From Octopus vulgaris (lineage: Eukaryota): a stretch of 64,000 nucleotides of DNA. A program made the position numbers and the translations under genes. Positions 12,601-26,003 of this stretch are shown here, piece after piece (the first letter of the stretch is position 1; every line of letters begins with the position of its first letter). Below the pieces are notes generated by a model. That model was not told the origin of the DNA. It was given only the letters and a program-made list of their open reading frames with translations, and ran no database searches. The stretch lies in NCBI GenBank assembly GCA_951406725.2, contig OX597818.1, positions 127,472,001 through 127,536,000 on the forward strand, read 5' to 3'.

Positions 12601-12963
12601 TACTCTTACTCGTTTCAGTCATTTTGACTGTGGCCATACTGTAGCACCACCTTTAGTTGAGCAAATCGACCCCAGGACTTATTCTTTGTAAGCCTAGTAC
12701 TTATTCTATCGGTGTCTTTTACCGAACCGCTAAGTTACATGGACGTAAACACACCAGCATTGGTTGTCAAGTGATGTTGGGTGGGGACAAACACAGACAC
12801 GCAAACACAAACATATATATACATATACATATATACGACGGACTTCTTTCAGTTTCCGTCTACCGAATCCACTCACAAGGCTTTGGTTGGCCGAAGGCTA
12901 TAATAGAAGACACTTGTCCATGGTGCCACGCAGTGGGACTGAACCTGGAACCATGTGCTTGGT
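12601..12963 (-). mobile_element. SINE family A
   Basis: Reverse complement of the family A unit. Confidence 0.85.
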
Positions 12964-13240
12964 GTAGGTGAGGATGTGTTGTTAAGAAGCTTACTTCTTA
13001 ACTAATCATATGGTCTCATGTTCAGTGCTATTATGTAGCACTTTGAACAAATGTCTCTGCTACAGACTGTGAATGACCAATGCTTTATTAGCGGATTTGT
13101 TAGACAGAAACTGAAAAATATCCCATCATATGTGTGTATGTGTATATGTATATATATATATATATATATATGTATATGTATGTATATGTATATGTATGTA
13201 TATCTATATGTATGTATGTATACATACATATGTATATATA

Positions 13241-13277
<37 letters not shown>

Positions 13278-13432
13278 GCATATGTATGTGTATAAATTCC
13301 TCTCTATTTACTTAATATTGAGGTCTCATTCTTTTGTTGTCATTATATTATTATTATTAATATGTGTGTGTGTGTATATGTATATATGTATGTATATATA
13401 TGTAAGTATATACATGTATGTATATATATGTA

Positions 13433-13815
13433 TGCAGGAGTAGCTTGCTTACCAGCCACATGGTTCCGGGTTCAGTCCCACTGCGTGGCATCTTGGGCAA
13501 GTGTCTTCTGCTATAGCCCCAGGCTGACCAATGCCTTGTGAGTGCATTTGGTAGACGGAAACTGAAAGAAGCCTGTCGTATATATGTATATATATATATA
13601 TGTGTGTGTTTGTGTGCCTGTGTTTGTGCCCCCTAGCATTGCCTGACAACCGATGCTGGTGTGTTTACGTCCCTGTCACTTAGCGGTTCGGCAAAAGAGA
13701 CAGAATAAGTACTAAGCTTACAAAGAATAAGTCCCGGGGTCGATTTGGTCGATTAAAGGCGGTGTTCCAGCATGGCCGCAGTCAAATGACTGAAACAAAT
13801 AAAAGAATAAAAGAA
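13433..13815 (+). mobile_element. SINE family A
   Basis: Family A head to gactgaaacaaataaaaga tail. Confidence 0.85.
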
Positions 13816-13853
13816 TATATATATGTGTATGTACATACATACGTATATATATA

Positions 13854-13914
<61 letters not shown>

Positions 13915-13916
13915 CT

Positions 13917-14245
13917 GTTGCCAGCCTCGCCTGGCCCCCGTGTCGGTGGCACGTAAAAGCACCATCCATTCGTGTCCGTTGCCAGCCTCGCCTGGCCCCC
14001 GTGCCGGTGACACGTAAAAGCACCATCCGTTCGTGGCCGTTTGCCAGCCTCGTCTGGCACCTGTGCGAGTGGCACGTAAAAAGCACCCACTACACTCACG
14101 GAGTGGTTGGCGTTAGGAAGGGCATCCAGCCATAGAAACACTGCCAAATCTGACTGGGCCTGATGAAGCCTTCCGGCTTCACAGACCCCAGTTAAACCGT
14201 CCAACCCATGCCAGCATGGAAAGCGGACACTAAATGATGATGATG

Positions 14246-14248
<3 letters not shown>
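13917..14248 (+). mobile_element. Family D element with three ~60-bp tandem units and the (GAT)n tail
   Basis: Repeated gccagcctcg...cacgtaaaagcacc units followed by the family D tail. Confidence 0.8.
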
Positions 14249-14282
<34 letters not shown>

Positions 14283-14899
14283 TGTATATACATATATATA
14301 CACACACACTCACACACATACACAATAGTCTTCTTTCAGTAATGTGTGTAGATGTGTTTAAGTGCACCTTTGTCTTGACATCATGTGATGATTATGAACA
14401 GGCATCCCCACCCTACAAGCACCATTGTTCATCTCTGGTCATCCATGAAAAAACATGTGGCACTATGGGGGGAAACATGTGGAGGTAGGCGGACAGAAAG
14501 TGCGTCCAGTTGTAGAAAAACCTGCTGCAGCAAATTCTAGCTGACATATGCAAGCGTAGAGAAAGTGGGCATCAGATGATGATGATGGGTTTTAAGTTGT
14601 TGTCTCTTATTAATGTAGTGACCGTAACTAATCCTGCATCTGGAGTACTTTGCCAAAGTAGTGTTGTTGTTGTTGTTGTTGTTGATGTTGGTGTTGGTGT
14701 TGGTAGTCAGTTTTGCCTGTTTAATGTGGCTGCTACTTAATCTTGCATGTCTTGGTTACCTTAGCATAGCATTTGTGTTGCTGCTGCTGCTTTTATTGTT
14801 TAGCATTCAAGTAAGCCCTTATTGAGCAGGTTCCCTGGGCTAAATCATTCAAGCTATAACCATATTACCAGTCTTCGTGTTGTTTTTTTTGTTTGTTTT

Positions 14900-14938
<39 letters not shown>

Positions 14939-14983
14939 AGATATGATATACTCCAAACTACAATATCCTATGGGTTTTTAACT

Positions 14984-15209
14984 TTAACCCTTTAGTGTTC
15001 AGATTACTCTGTTAAATGTAATACTTTTTCACTCAAATCATTTTGAATTAATCATACATTATCTTATAGCTTTGAGGTTTCAATGATGTGATTGCTTATT
15101 TTAGAATGTCAATGTAGGTTAGGTGTGAGAGGCTAGATATGGCCAGTTTGAATGTAAAAACATCTAGGATATTTGGGCCTGATATGGCCAAATAACACTA
15201 AAGGGTTAA
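14984..15209. mobile_element. piggyBac-type MITE
   Basis: TTAA-ccctttagtgtt...aacactaaaggg-TTAA: perfect 12-bp TIR with TTAA target duplication. Confidence 0.85.
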
Positions 15210-15540
15210 GGAAATTTGTAACAATCTGATCTGATTCAGATTCATATGTTACACTTTATCACATAGTAGCTTGTTGAGAAACAAAACACTTAACCCAGCT
15301 TGTATTGCAAAAGATGCAGCTGTTATTATTCTGTCATAAGGAATTGGCTTGGCAAAGTTATAAGAGTGTTGAACAAAATGTTTTGAGGGTCTGATCACAA
15401 CCCTTTACATTCTGAGTTTAAATTTTGCTGAGACTGCCTTTATCAACTGTTCTCTCCCACACAAATTTAAGACCTTATGCTTGTTTTGGCCCTTAAAGTC
15501 AACTTTACCTTTTGTTCTTTTGAAATTGAGAATATGGATG

Positions 15541-15924
15541 GAAGCACTCCGTCGGTTACGACGACGAGGGTTCCGGTTGATCCGAATCAACGGAACAGCC
15601 TGCTCATGAAATTAACGTGTAAGTGACTGAGCACTCCACAGACACGTGTACCCTTAACATAGTTCTCGGGGATATTCAGCGTGACACAGAGAGTGACAAG
15701 GCCAGCCCTTTGAAATACAGGTACAACAGAAACAGGAAGTAAGAGTGAGAGAAAGTTGTGGTGAAAGAGTACAGCAGGGATCACCACCATCCCCTGCCAG
15801 AACCTCATGGAGCTTTAGGTGTTTTCGCTCAATAAACACTCACAACGCCCGGTCTGGGAATCGAAACCACGATCCTATGACCGCGAGTCCGCTGCCCTAA
15901 CCACTGGGCCATTGCGCCTCCACA
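15541..15924 (-). mobile_element. SINE family C (tRNA-derived head, tail ending ccctcgtcgtcgtaaccgacggagtgct)
   Basis: Pol III A/B-box-like head tggcccagtggttagg...ggtttcgattccc. Inserted in a decayed family B copy. Near-identical copies at 36.2, 55.5 and 61.4 kb. Confidence 0.9.
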
Positions 15925-15979
15925 ATTGAAAAAATAAAGCACCAGTCAAATACTAGAATAGATTTACTTGCCTCCCCTT

Positions 15980-16010
<31 letters not shown>

Positions 16011-16734
16011 GATTATTAATAGATTTAATTGACGAGCCCACTTCTCTCTAATTTTTCAACTTGTACCTATGTAAGAAATCCTTGTTAGCACTAAGATATA
16101 GCTGAAGACTGAGTCTTTGGACTCACACATACTATGTTAATTCATTTTAAGTTGTCAATTAATTGAAAATAAGTTACATAGAGTAATTAAAAGAGAGTAT
16201 CTGAAAGTTGGGATGGTCATGGTTGGAACGTCTTTGATCTTAGATGTGACTAAACTGCTGCAATGCAAACAGACATAGATGTGGTTCACATGTAAATTTT
16301 ATACTATCTTCTGTCGTTGTTTAGCCTTAATTTAGGATTTGTCAAGCAGACTCATGATGGAAGGCATTCCAGCCATGACTGCCCCATCTTTTATTGTGAT
16401 ATAACATATACTGACCTAAATTAATCATTGTATATTTCTTTTCTTTTTTTAAGTGGGAGACTGTAATTCAAGGGAGATTTAGCTGTTATTGCTAATTTGT
16501 TGACTATGCATGTAGATGCTACCTCACTGGCTTGTGCCCGCTGCTTAAATAAATACTGCCTCCCCTCTATATACATGCATAAGAGATTATTAATTAAGAA
16601 TGTATCTTCCAAGTATTGCTAACTATTTTTTTGCCTCTATTTAACTGCATGAAATTCTCCTCTTAAAATGTATTGCACCCAACTGTAAAGTACATGATAT
16701 CTGCACTTTGTAAACATATGTTGTCTTCTTTACT

Positions 16735-17160
16735 TGTGGCAGCTGACTTGGCAGACACCCATAAAATTATCAACCATTGCACAAACAATAACTCTGAGTA
16801 CCTTTTCAAACTCCACCCGTCTAGCACCCGTGGACATATTTACAAAGTCAGAAAACAGCACAGCTCCCATGACTTTAGGAAACATTTTTTCACGCTGAGA
16901 GTTGCTGAAGCATGGAACAAACTGCCGGCATCGGTTGTTAGTTGTCGGAGCACTGCATCCTTCAAAACTTCCATGCTTTCTGAGATTCGCTAACACTACA
17001 CCTGATTTTCTCCCCTCCATACACACGCAAACATGTATCTGACTAAACACTGTTCACTCTCCAGACATTTGTACATTACTGCATATGCTTTATACGCACT
17101 TTTGACAAGTTGTGGTGCACCTGAGCACTGTATACAATAATTTCATTATTATATTATAAT
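16735..17160 (+). mobile_element. 5'-truncated CR1-clade LINE (ORF2 C-terminus, 3' UTR, (ATT)n tail)
   Basis: TRGHIYKVRK...RKHFFTLRVAEAWNKLPASVV...SFK is the CR1-group TRGH...FFxxRVxxxWNxLP motif. Confidence 0.85.
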
Positions 17161-17217
17161 TCATTATTTGATTAGAAAGCACGACATTGCATATGTTTTA
17201 TTTCAAATTTGATGTGT

Positions 17218-17445
17218 TTAACCCTTTAGTGTTTAAACCGGCCATACCAGGCCAAAATTTTCTTCCTGTTTTATGCTCAAGCCAGCCAGCTCTGACCTCT
17301 CACACCTATCCTACAAAGTCATTCTAAAAATAAACAGGGGCATCATCAAAATCTCAGAGTTACAAGGTGCTGTACAATTAATTTAAAACAATGTGATTAA
17401 ATAGGCTTTACATTTGACAGATTAATCTGAATGTTAAAGGGTTAA
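17218..17445. mobile_element. piggyBac-type MITE (opposite orientation)
   Basis: TTAA-ccctttagtg...taaaggg-TTAA. Body is the reverse complement of the 14984 copy. Confidence 0.85.
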
Positions 17446-17704
17446 AGATATTTAGAAAATACAATGGAAAGTCAGCATCTTGTTAAATAACCTAACAAAT
17501 TAGCCATTTATGTCTTGTCACCACAACCACATCTCTTTGTGACCAAGGCACTGAATTCCCAACAGCTCAGTTTACCTAGCTGAAAATATGTACTCTATCA
17601 TGATGTAATTCCTCACAATGGACAGCAACATCATAGTAAAATTCATCAAGTGATCTGTTGGTTTATTACACACATGTGAGTGAGAACACTTTGAGATATT
17701 TTTG

Positions 17705-18030
17705 GTATCTAACATATGTCAGATACTGCGAGCGCTGCTTCTGATTGGTCAATCCATGGTGATGACCCGAGGTCACGGTGACAGCACTGCTTCTGATTGG
17801 TCAATTCATGGTGATGACCCGAGGTCACGGTGACGGCACTACTTTTGTCATTCATAAGTTACAACTAAACATGAAGAATTTAGTTATTGGGTTAATAAAA
17901 TATGGTCGTTTATTCGTGTGTAATAAATAAAATACCAAACTCATTCCCTATGGATACCGTATTTATTACAACGAGTGGCTTGTAAACGTATCTAACGAGC
18001 GAAAGCGAGTTAGATATGTTTTCCACTACA
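17705..18030. repeat. Unclassified non-autonomous element with a 52-bp tandem repeat and hairpins
   Basis: Units start at 17731 and 17783 (gcttctgattggtcaat...gaggtcacggtgac). Hairpin gtatctaacgagcgaaagcgagttagatat near 17988-18017. CpG-rich in a CpG-poor region. Confidence 0.5.
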
Positions 18031-18176
18031 AACATTATGTCTATTAGTCAAGTATCCTATCCAGGAATAGTTTTATCTTTCACCTGTTTAACACAACACA
18101 AATCAGTGATTATCAACAGTTCTGTGGATTATTAAAAGAAATTACATGTATCGCATTTACTGAAGGAATTTCTAAG

Positions 18177-18335
18177 CTAGAGTGGCTGTGTGGTAAGTAG
18201 CTTGCTAACCAACCACATGGTTCCGGGTTCAGTCCCACTGCGTGGCATCTTGGGCAAGTGTCTTCTGCTATAGCCCCGGGCCGACCAATGCCTTGTGAGT
18301 GGATTTGGTAGACGGAAACTGAAAGAAGCCTGTCG

Positions 18336-18370
<35 letters not shown>

Positions 18371-18582
18371 TTGTGTGTCTGTGTTTGTTCTCCTAGCATT
18401 GCTTGACAACTGATGCTGATGTGTTTACGTCCCTGTCACTTAGTGGTTCGGCAAAAAGAGACCGATAGAATAAGTACTGGGCTTACAAAAAGAATAAGTC
18501 CTGGGGTCGAGTTGCTCGACTAAAGGCGGTGCTCCAGCATGGCCACAGTCAAATGACTGAAACAAGTAAAAGAGTAAAGAGT
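18177..18582 (+). mobile_element. SINE family A
   Basis: Family A unit with a (GTAAAAGA)-like tail. Confidence 0.9.
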
Positions 18583-18749
18583 ATAAAAAGAGAACATAGA
18601 ATCAACGCCCTCATTATTGTTATCAGTCTTGTTGTTGAAGTTGGTCCTCCACAGCAATATACAAGAGATACTTGTTCCTTCACTTATGTATGAGTACCAC
18701 AAAGGAATATGACTCATCTCAAGTAGGATATAGATACATATTTGACAAA

Positions 18750-19425
18750 ATATTGGTTTCAAATTTTGGCACAAGGGCAGCAATTTCAAAGGTGAGGGTA
18801 AGTCGATTACATCGACCCCAGTGCTCAACTGGTATTTATTTTATTGACCCTGAAAGAATGAAAGGCAAAGTCAATCCTGGCAGCATTTGAACTGAGAATG
18901 ATAAGTTGGAAGAAAAGCTGTTAAGCATTTTTTCCAGTGTGGTAACAGTTATGCCAGCTTGCTGCCTTATTTTGGACAAATTATTAACATGAAATTATCT
19001 GAAGTGATGCATGCATGGCTTAAGGCAGCGAGCTGGCAGAAATGTTAGCACAACGGGCGAAATGCCTAGCGGTATTTCGTCTGTCTTTACATTCTGAGTT
19101 CAAATTCCGCCGAGGCCGACTTTGCCTTTCATCCTTTCGGGGTCGATAGATTAAGTACCAGTTACGCACTGGGGTCGATGTAATCGACTTAATACCTATG
19201 TCTGTCCTTGTTTGTCCCCTCTGTGTTTAGCCCCTTGTGGGTAATAAACAAATAGAAAGAGGTATTTCATCTGTCTTTACATTCTAAGTTCAAATTCCGC
19301 CGAGGTCGACTTTGCCTTTCATCCTTTTGGGGTCGATAAATTAAGTACCAGTTGCTTACTGGGGTCGATCTAATTGAAAGCCCCCTCCCCAAAAATTTCA
19401 GGCCTTGTGCCTAGAGTAATAAAGG
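18750..19425. mobile_element. Cluster of SINE family B copies (minus 18750-18970; plus 19022-19256 with tail 1; plus 19260-19425 with tail 2)
   Basis: Repeated family B central domain with two alternative 3' tails. Confidence 0.85.
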
Positions 19426-21221
19426 ATGTATGCATGGCTTTGTTTAAAAAATTTTCTTCAAAACCACATGGTTTTTAGTTCAATATTAGTTCATAGCATC
19501 TTAGGAAAATGCCTTCTTCTATTATTCAGGCAGACCAAATCCTTGTAAATAAAGCTTGACAGATGGAAACTGTGAAGAAGCCCATCAGATGTATGTATGT
19601 GTGTATTGATGTTTGATGGCAAAAGTCAGTGTCAAATGAAAGTTATTTATTGATTTGTTTTTTCTGTTATTTTAATCAATCTTGGATACATCCCTTTATG
19701 TCTGGTTAACTTTGCCTTCCAGCTACCTCTAAGGTTGAGGAATTAAACACCTCTCACTAGTACTGAGAGGGACATATCAACAAAATCTTTGACAATAGTA
19801 CCCCCCCCCCCAGTCTGATCACAGTCCAGTGACTGAAATTGTGAAATCCTTATTTTCAAGGATTATAATCCAGTAATTCCTTCTAAGTAAAACTAAATAT
19901 ATTTGTATATAATGTACAAAAAACACACATATATATGGTACCATGCATGATTTTAATGTATTCACTTTCTAATTACCCAGTATTTTCTACTTAAATGGGA
20001 TATTTTAATCATTCTGTGGATATTTGGTATGTCCTTTTTTCATAATATGTCTTCTTTTTTCATATGTTGTGTTCCCTGTTTAACTGTTTCATGTCTACTC
20101 TGCATTAATGCACTGTACTCCCAGGAGTAAATATATTTTCTTTGATAAGGTTTCACATCTCTTACATATACATGTGTGTGTTTATGTGTATAATTCTCCT
20201 TGTTTGTCTAGACATGTTTTATATCAAATTATATGCCCAATCTCATCCACTCATGCTTCCCTCTGTGTGTACTGTATATAACATTCTGTCTTTTCACAAC
20301 ATCTCCTGTGTAAGTATACAATCACCTCTCTTTGCTTACATGCCTCACTCTAAATGTAAGGGAAACAAGAAATATTTTTGACCAAATCAATCCCAGTATT
20401 TCAGTAGTATTTATTTTATTGCACCCAGAGAGATGATAGGGAAACTCAGCATTGGTGAACCTCTAACTTGAACCTGTGAGAACATCAAACATCAAAGACA
20501 CTGCAAACATCCAACATGAGTTTTCAAAGATCTAGTATCATGTTGGAACAAATGTTATATTTTGGAAGAATTTAACAATAAATACATGCAAGTTATGATT
20601 ATTATTAGCTGAAAAGTTAAGGAATTACACAGACCTAACAGATGAGCTAAAAGTATTATGGTTATTAGGGAATGTGCCCCATCAATCTAATTAGATATAT
20701 ACAGTTTTCTCTCTTAACATCATTGCTCCACACACCCCTTAATTATGAGCAGCACTCAACAACAGTCCTCATATATGCTCCAATTATTGGGTCTTGTTGC
20801 CCGGGATCCTTAACATGGCATCTCGACAACCAGCCTTTCTTTCCAGTACCAGAAGAGGACATGTCTATGATTTTTTTTTTTCCAATAGACCCTTTTCATG
20901 ATGCAGTCTAGGATGTCTTGGTGTGCGTGTTACTGCAGCATCATTCCAGATGCAAGAACAAATCTTTGTGGTTGTGCCTTGCTTGAGCTTTGTAGAGTAT
21001 CAATTATTGCTTATAAAACCTATTAGCATTGCCCCTTGCTCCAGATCCCACAAGTATAAAGAAAAAAATTAGCTCCACCAGAACAATACATAACCACTTC
21101 TGGAAAGATATTGATAGATTCTATATAAGAATAGACACAGTACTTTGTACAAAACAGCAATAATGGAATCTGTAAGTTTCATTGGAACATTCTCAGCAAG
21201 TGTTCATTTACCTTGAGCATT

Positions 21222-21450
21222 TTAACCCTTTAGCATTTAAACCGGCCATATCCGGCCAAAAGTATTCTGCCTGTTTTATGTTCAAACTGGCCAGATCTGG
21301 TCTCTCACACCAACCCTACAATATCATTTGAAAAATTAACAGCTACCTCATCAAATTTTCATAGTTACAAGATAATGCATGATTAGTTCAAAACTATGTG
21401 GATTAAAAAGCATTAATTTTGGCAGAATAATGTGAATGCTAAAGGGTTAA
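21222..21450. mobile_element. piggyBac-type MITE
   Basis: TTAA-ccctttagcatt...aatgctaaaggg-TTAA: perfect 12-bp TIR. Confidence 0.85.
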
Positions 21451-21529
21451 AGCATGTTTTCCAAAATGTACATATTTTTTCTTTTGTTCCTGATATCTCT
21501 CAAATCATGCGCAACAACAGCAATGAGTA

Positions 21530-22560
21530 ATCCTTTCTACTATAGGCACAAGGCCTGAAATAGTGGGGAAGAAGTTAAGTTGAGTACATGAACCCCAGTG
21601 TTTCACTGGTACTTAATTTATCAACCCCAAAAGGATGAAAGGCAAAGTCAACCTTGGTGAAATCTGAATTCAGAATGTGAAGACGGACATAATGTCACTA
21701 AGCATTTCATCCTGTGTGCTAACAATTCTGCCAGCTCGTCACCTTAACAACAACAACAATAATTCTTTCTAAATTTGGCCCAAGGCCGGCAATTTAAGGA
21801 CACTGGGGCAAGTTGGTTACAACAAATACAATAAGTGACTAGTATTCATTTTATTGGCGTTAGGAAGGGCATCCTTTGGCGTTAGGAAGGGCATCCTTGG
21901 CGTTAGGAAGGGCATCCAGCTGTAGAAACACTGCCAGATGTGACTGGCCTGGTGCAGCCTTCGGACTTCCCAGACCCCAGTTGAACCATCCAACCCATGC
22001 TAGCATGGAAAGTGGACGTTAAACGATGATGATGATGATGAACCCTGAAAGAACAAAAAGCAAAGTTGACTTGGGTGAGACCCAAAAGAAATATTGCTAT
22101 GTTTTTTTGTTTTTTGTTAAAATTTTTTTGTGATGTGCTAAAGATTCTGTCAACTCACTGCCTTAACAGCTACATCATCATCATTGTTTAACATCCTCCT
22201 TCCATGCTGGCATGGGTTGGACGGTTTGACAGGAGCTGACCAGGCAGAAGTCTGCACCATACTTCTGTGTCTGTTTTGGAATGGTTTCTAAGGCTGGATG
22301 CCCTTCTTAACACCAACCACCCTGCAGATAATAATAATAATAATCTTCCTACTATAGGCACAAGGCTTGAAATTAGGAGGAGGGATCTAGTTGGTTACAT
22401 AATAACAGTGCTGTAGTGGTACTTATTTTATCTACCCCAAAAGGATAAAAGACAAAGTTGACCTCAGTGGAACTTGAACTCAGAATGTAGAAATGGACAA
22501 AATGCCACTAAGCATTTTATCCAGTGTGCTAATGATTCTACCATTTCACCACTTTGATAA
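21530..22560. mobile_element. Nest of decayed family B SINEs and family D tails
   Basis: B copies on minus (21530-21745, 22345-22555), D tail on plus (21854-22040) and D tail on minus (22174-22325). Confidence 0.75.
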
Positions 22561-22807
22561 TGCCTTTTCTGTTTTGTCCACCAGGACCATGAGGTGGATT
22601 GACAAATCTTATGTCTCTTAAATATAATGCCTATTAGCACAACTTTCACTCATGGAAATGTTCATTTATTATCATCATTGGTGAAATAAGTACCAGCTTT
22701 GTGCTGGGGTTGATGTAACCAACTCGCCCCTTCCCCACAAATTTCAGGCCTTGTGCCTAGAGTAGAAAGGATTATTATTATTTTTATTATTATTATTATC
22801 ATTAGTG

Positions 22808-23087
22808 AGGGCACATAGCTTAGTGGTTAGGATGTTGCACTCACAATCACAAGATCATGGTTTCAATTCCTAGACCAGGTGGTACATTGTGTCCTTGAGC
22901 AAAACACTTCACCTGTGATCACTTCAACACCTGACGTGTGGTACACCATGCACCTGTTTAGGCAATGCCAATTTGATGGAAGGAGTAGCTTATGTACAGC
23001 ACACACGTTTCATCACAATAAACAATTTGTGCAGGTCATTCAACAAAAAGCTGAACACTCATATATCATCTTCAACAGGAGAGTCCA
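22808..23087 (+). mobile_element. Older tRNA-derived SINE with CORE-like block
   Basis: gcttagtggttagg...ggtttcaattcc head, then tgtgtccttgagcaaaacactt. Flanked by (TAT)n. Confidence 0.6.
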
Positions 23088-23765
23088 TTATTATTATTAT
23101 TATTATTATTAGAGTGAGAGAGCAGTAGGTCGAGTAACCCATCCCACTCAAAAGGTCCCTGAATAAGGGTTGTTTAAGGATGTTGAACGAAACACCCATG
23201 TTTCCAGAGGTGAATTATTCATTATTATTATTATTATTATTATTATTAATACATTCCATAAAATGACTGGCAAATGAAGTTGAGTTAATGTATTATGGAA
23301 AGAACTCTTTAGTCTTCCCTTGGACAAGGCAACCATGCTGGCATCAAAATAAAATGCATCCGTTATACTCGGTAAAAAGATTTGTATAAGGATGGGTATT
23401 CAACCATATAAGCCATACAGAATGAAACATATATGAATAAAACAACATCTGGGCCCCACCAAACTTCTATGAGAGCATTATCTCTGAACAAGAACTGACT
23501 ATGATGACCAGTCCAAATGACCTTAGTATGAAAAACTAACATAATATGGTATTGATGCTGATGGTTAATCACAATAAAAACAACTACAGTGATAATCAAC
23601 AGACTACTTTTCAGCAGCGATCAACATCATAAAGTTGTCATCAATTATAGCTTAATAATGGAAAACCTACTCCACTTAAACTGTTGATTTCATATGGGAG
23701 AAAAAAACACAAGAGATTAGTTCCTACTGGAGAAAGTATCCTACTCAGTACCTACAACATGTCTT

Positions 23766-23993
23766 TTAACCCTTTAGTGTTTAAACCGGCCATATCCGGC
23801 CCAAATATTCTACATGTTTTATATTCAAATGGGCGAGATCTAGCCTCTCACACATAACCTGCATTGACATTCTAAAAATAAACAATCACATCATTGAAAC
23901 CCCAAAGCTATAAGATAATGCATGATTAATTCAAAACAATTTGAGTAAAAAAATATTACATTTAACAGAGTCATCTGAATACTAAAGGGTTAA
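23766..23993. mobile_element. piggyBac-type MITE
   Basis: TTAA-ccctttagt...actaaaggg-TTAA. Confidence 0.85.
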
Positions 23994-25203
23994 CAAGTTT
24001 TGACTCATCACACTGCTGGTATCCTAGCCATTCTACAATTACTAAAGTCCAAAGAGCTGTCTCAAAAGTAAATTTTCCTTCATTAATTATTAATTATTAT
24101 CTTGAATATTTTCAGTACATTATGATCTGTCTTTTTTTTTTTTCCTTTTCAATTCTTCCTCTGTCTTTCACTGTGTCTTTCTTTTTGCAGATATTTTTTT
24201 AAGAAATGATGTTTGAGTGGGATGGAGGCAACAGATAGAAGCATTTAAAAACTATATGTCTTGTGATGTGTCATAATGATGATACAGCTATTACTAATGA
24301 TAATGATGATGACAATAATGATGATTTCTTACATAGGTACAAGACCAGTAATTTGGAAGGAAGGGAACTATCAGTTATATCAATCAACACTAATACTACT
24401 TCAGTCATTTATCCACCCTGGACCAATGAAAACTAAAGTTGTCCCCGATGGGATGTGAACTCAGGATGTAAAGAGCTGTTACTATAAACCACAAGACGTT
24501 TTGTCAAACTTTCAAATGATTCTACTAATAAAAGAGTAATTGTTTCTAATGTAGGTACAAGGCCAGAAATTTGAGGAGAGGGGTAAATAGCTCAAATTAG
24601 CACCAGTGTTTGACTAGTGCTTTATTTTGTCAATCCTAAGAGGATGAAAGGCAAAGTTGAACTTGGAATATTAGAAGCTGGAATCAAGGAACAAAACACA
24701 CTTTTTGTGCATGTCTTCCAACAATGAAAATTAGTCTTACGTTTCCAACAAGGAAACACAAAAATAGTGGGGGGGGGCATTTTCATTCATATAATTCATA
24801 TACCAAGTTTATTCTTTGGTTTATAATAAAATTACATTGAAATTTAAATAATGATAATAATCATAATAATACTAATAATTCAGAAATATATTTATCCATT
24901 ATCATACTTTGAAAAGATGATTGTAACATTTTTATCATAAAACAAAAACAACCTCAATGGTCATTCAATAAAATTCTTGTGGCACCAACAACATACAATG
25001 CTTGCTGATAAGACTAAATATTCTAAAATGGATTGAGAAATTCAAAGGATTTCTTTGGTCTGATAGTAGGACACCTGTCATGTCTACAGGATATGCAGGT
25101 TTGAGTCTCATGGGCAGCCTTCAACATTTTCTGTCCAAAGGGATTTTTAACCCAAAATTTACCTGCTATTATTTATAGCTTTATGTGCTTTTATGTATGT
25201 GTT

Positions 25204-25238
<35 letters not shown>

Positions 25239-26003
25239 GCAATATGTTACATGATTATTGAAGTTGTTTATGATATATCATTGATGCATTTGATGGTTTC
25301 ATTAGTATCAAATATATACATATATCATTGGGTTGAGTGGTAAAAAAGTTCACTTCACTACTGCCTGGTTTCATGTTCAGTCCTAGTGTATGGCATCTTG
25401 AACCCATGCCTCCTACCATAGCCTTGAGCTGACCAATGCCTTGAGAGGGAAACTGGTAGGTGGAAACTGTACAGAATCCAGCAGTGTACTGCATAAGTGC
25501 TTCCATAAGTGCTTCCATACTGGCACTCCTTAAAACTTACATCCTTTGTTCATGTCCTGTAACTCAGTGATTCAACAAATAGCCATTGATAAAATAAGCA
25601 CTAGGCTTTAAAATAGAATATTAAGATCAGTATCATCATTTCATCATCATCATCATCTAACGTCCATGAAACATGAATAAAAGAATGTCTTTTTCATTAT
25701 TTTCAATGATGTCAAATATATATCAGTGATATTTTTTATCCTTCTTCATATATTTTTGTTTCATTTCAACGATTAAAAATGGATGTTCTTTATATTTTAT
25801 GGCTAAAACAAAATGAAATCAGCAAAAAAGTTTGGTTTTTTTTTTTCTTTTTCTGGGATCAACTGAAAAGAAATTGAAATAAATAAGGAATTGGAAATAA
25901 AATCAGCAGCAGTTCCTTAGTTCCTTAAATCATTGCATGTTAATTCTTCACTTATAAAATCTCATCTTTCTCTCTCTTCCTCATATATATATATATATAT
26001 ATA

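Noticed and set aside
12657-12971. Recurrent ORFs such as LLSVSVYQIHSQG...CHAVGLNPEPCGW and MFIERKHLKLHE
   Set aside because: They are chance frames of SINE families A and C, repeated only because the SINE is repeated.
15820-15924. tRNA-like sequences (also at 11440, 36520, 55800, 60481 and the family A/B heads)
   Set aside because: They are SINE heads fused to repeat bodies, with no complete cloverleaf or Pol III terminator, so they are not called as tRNA genes.
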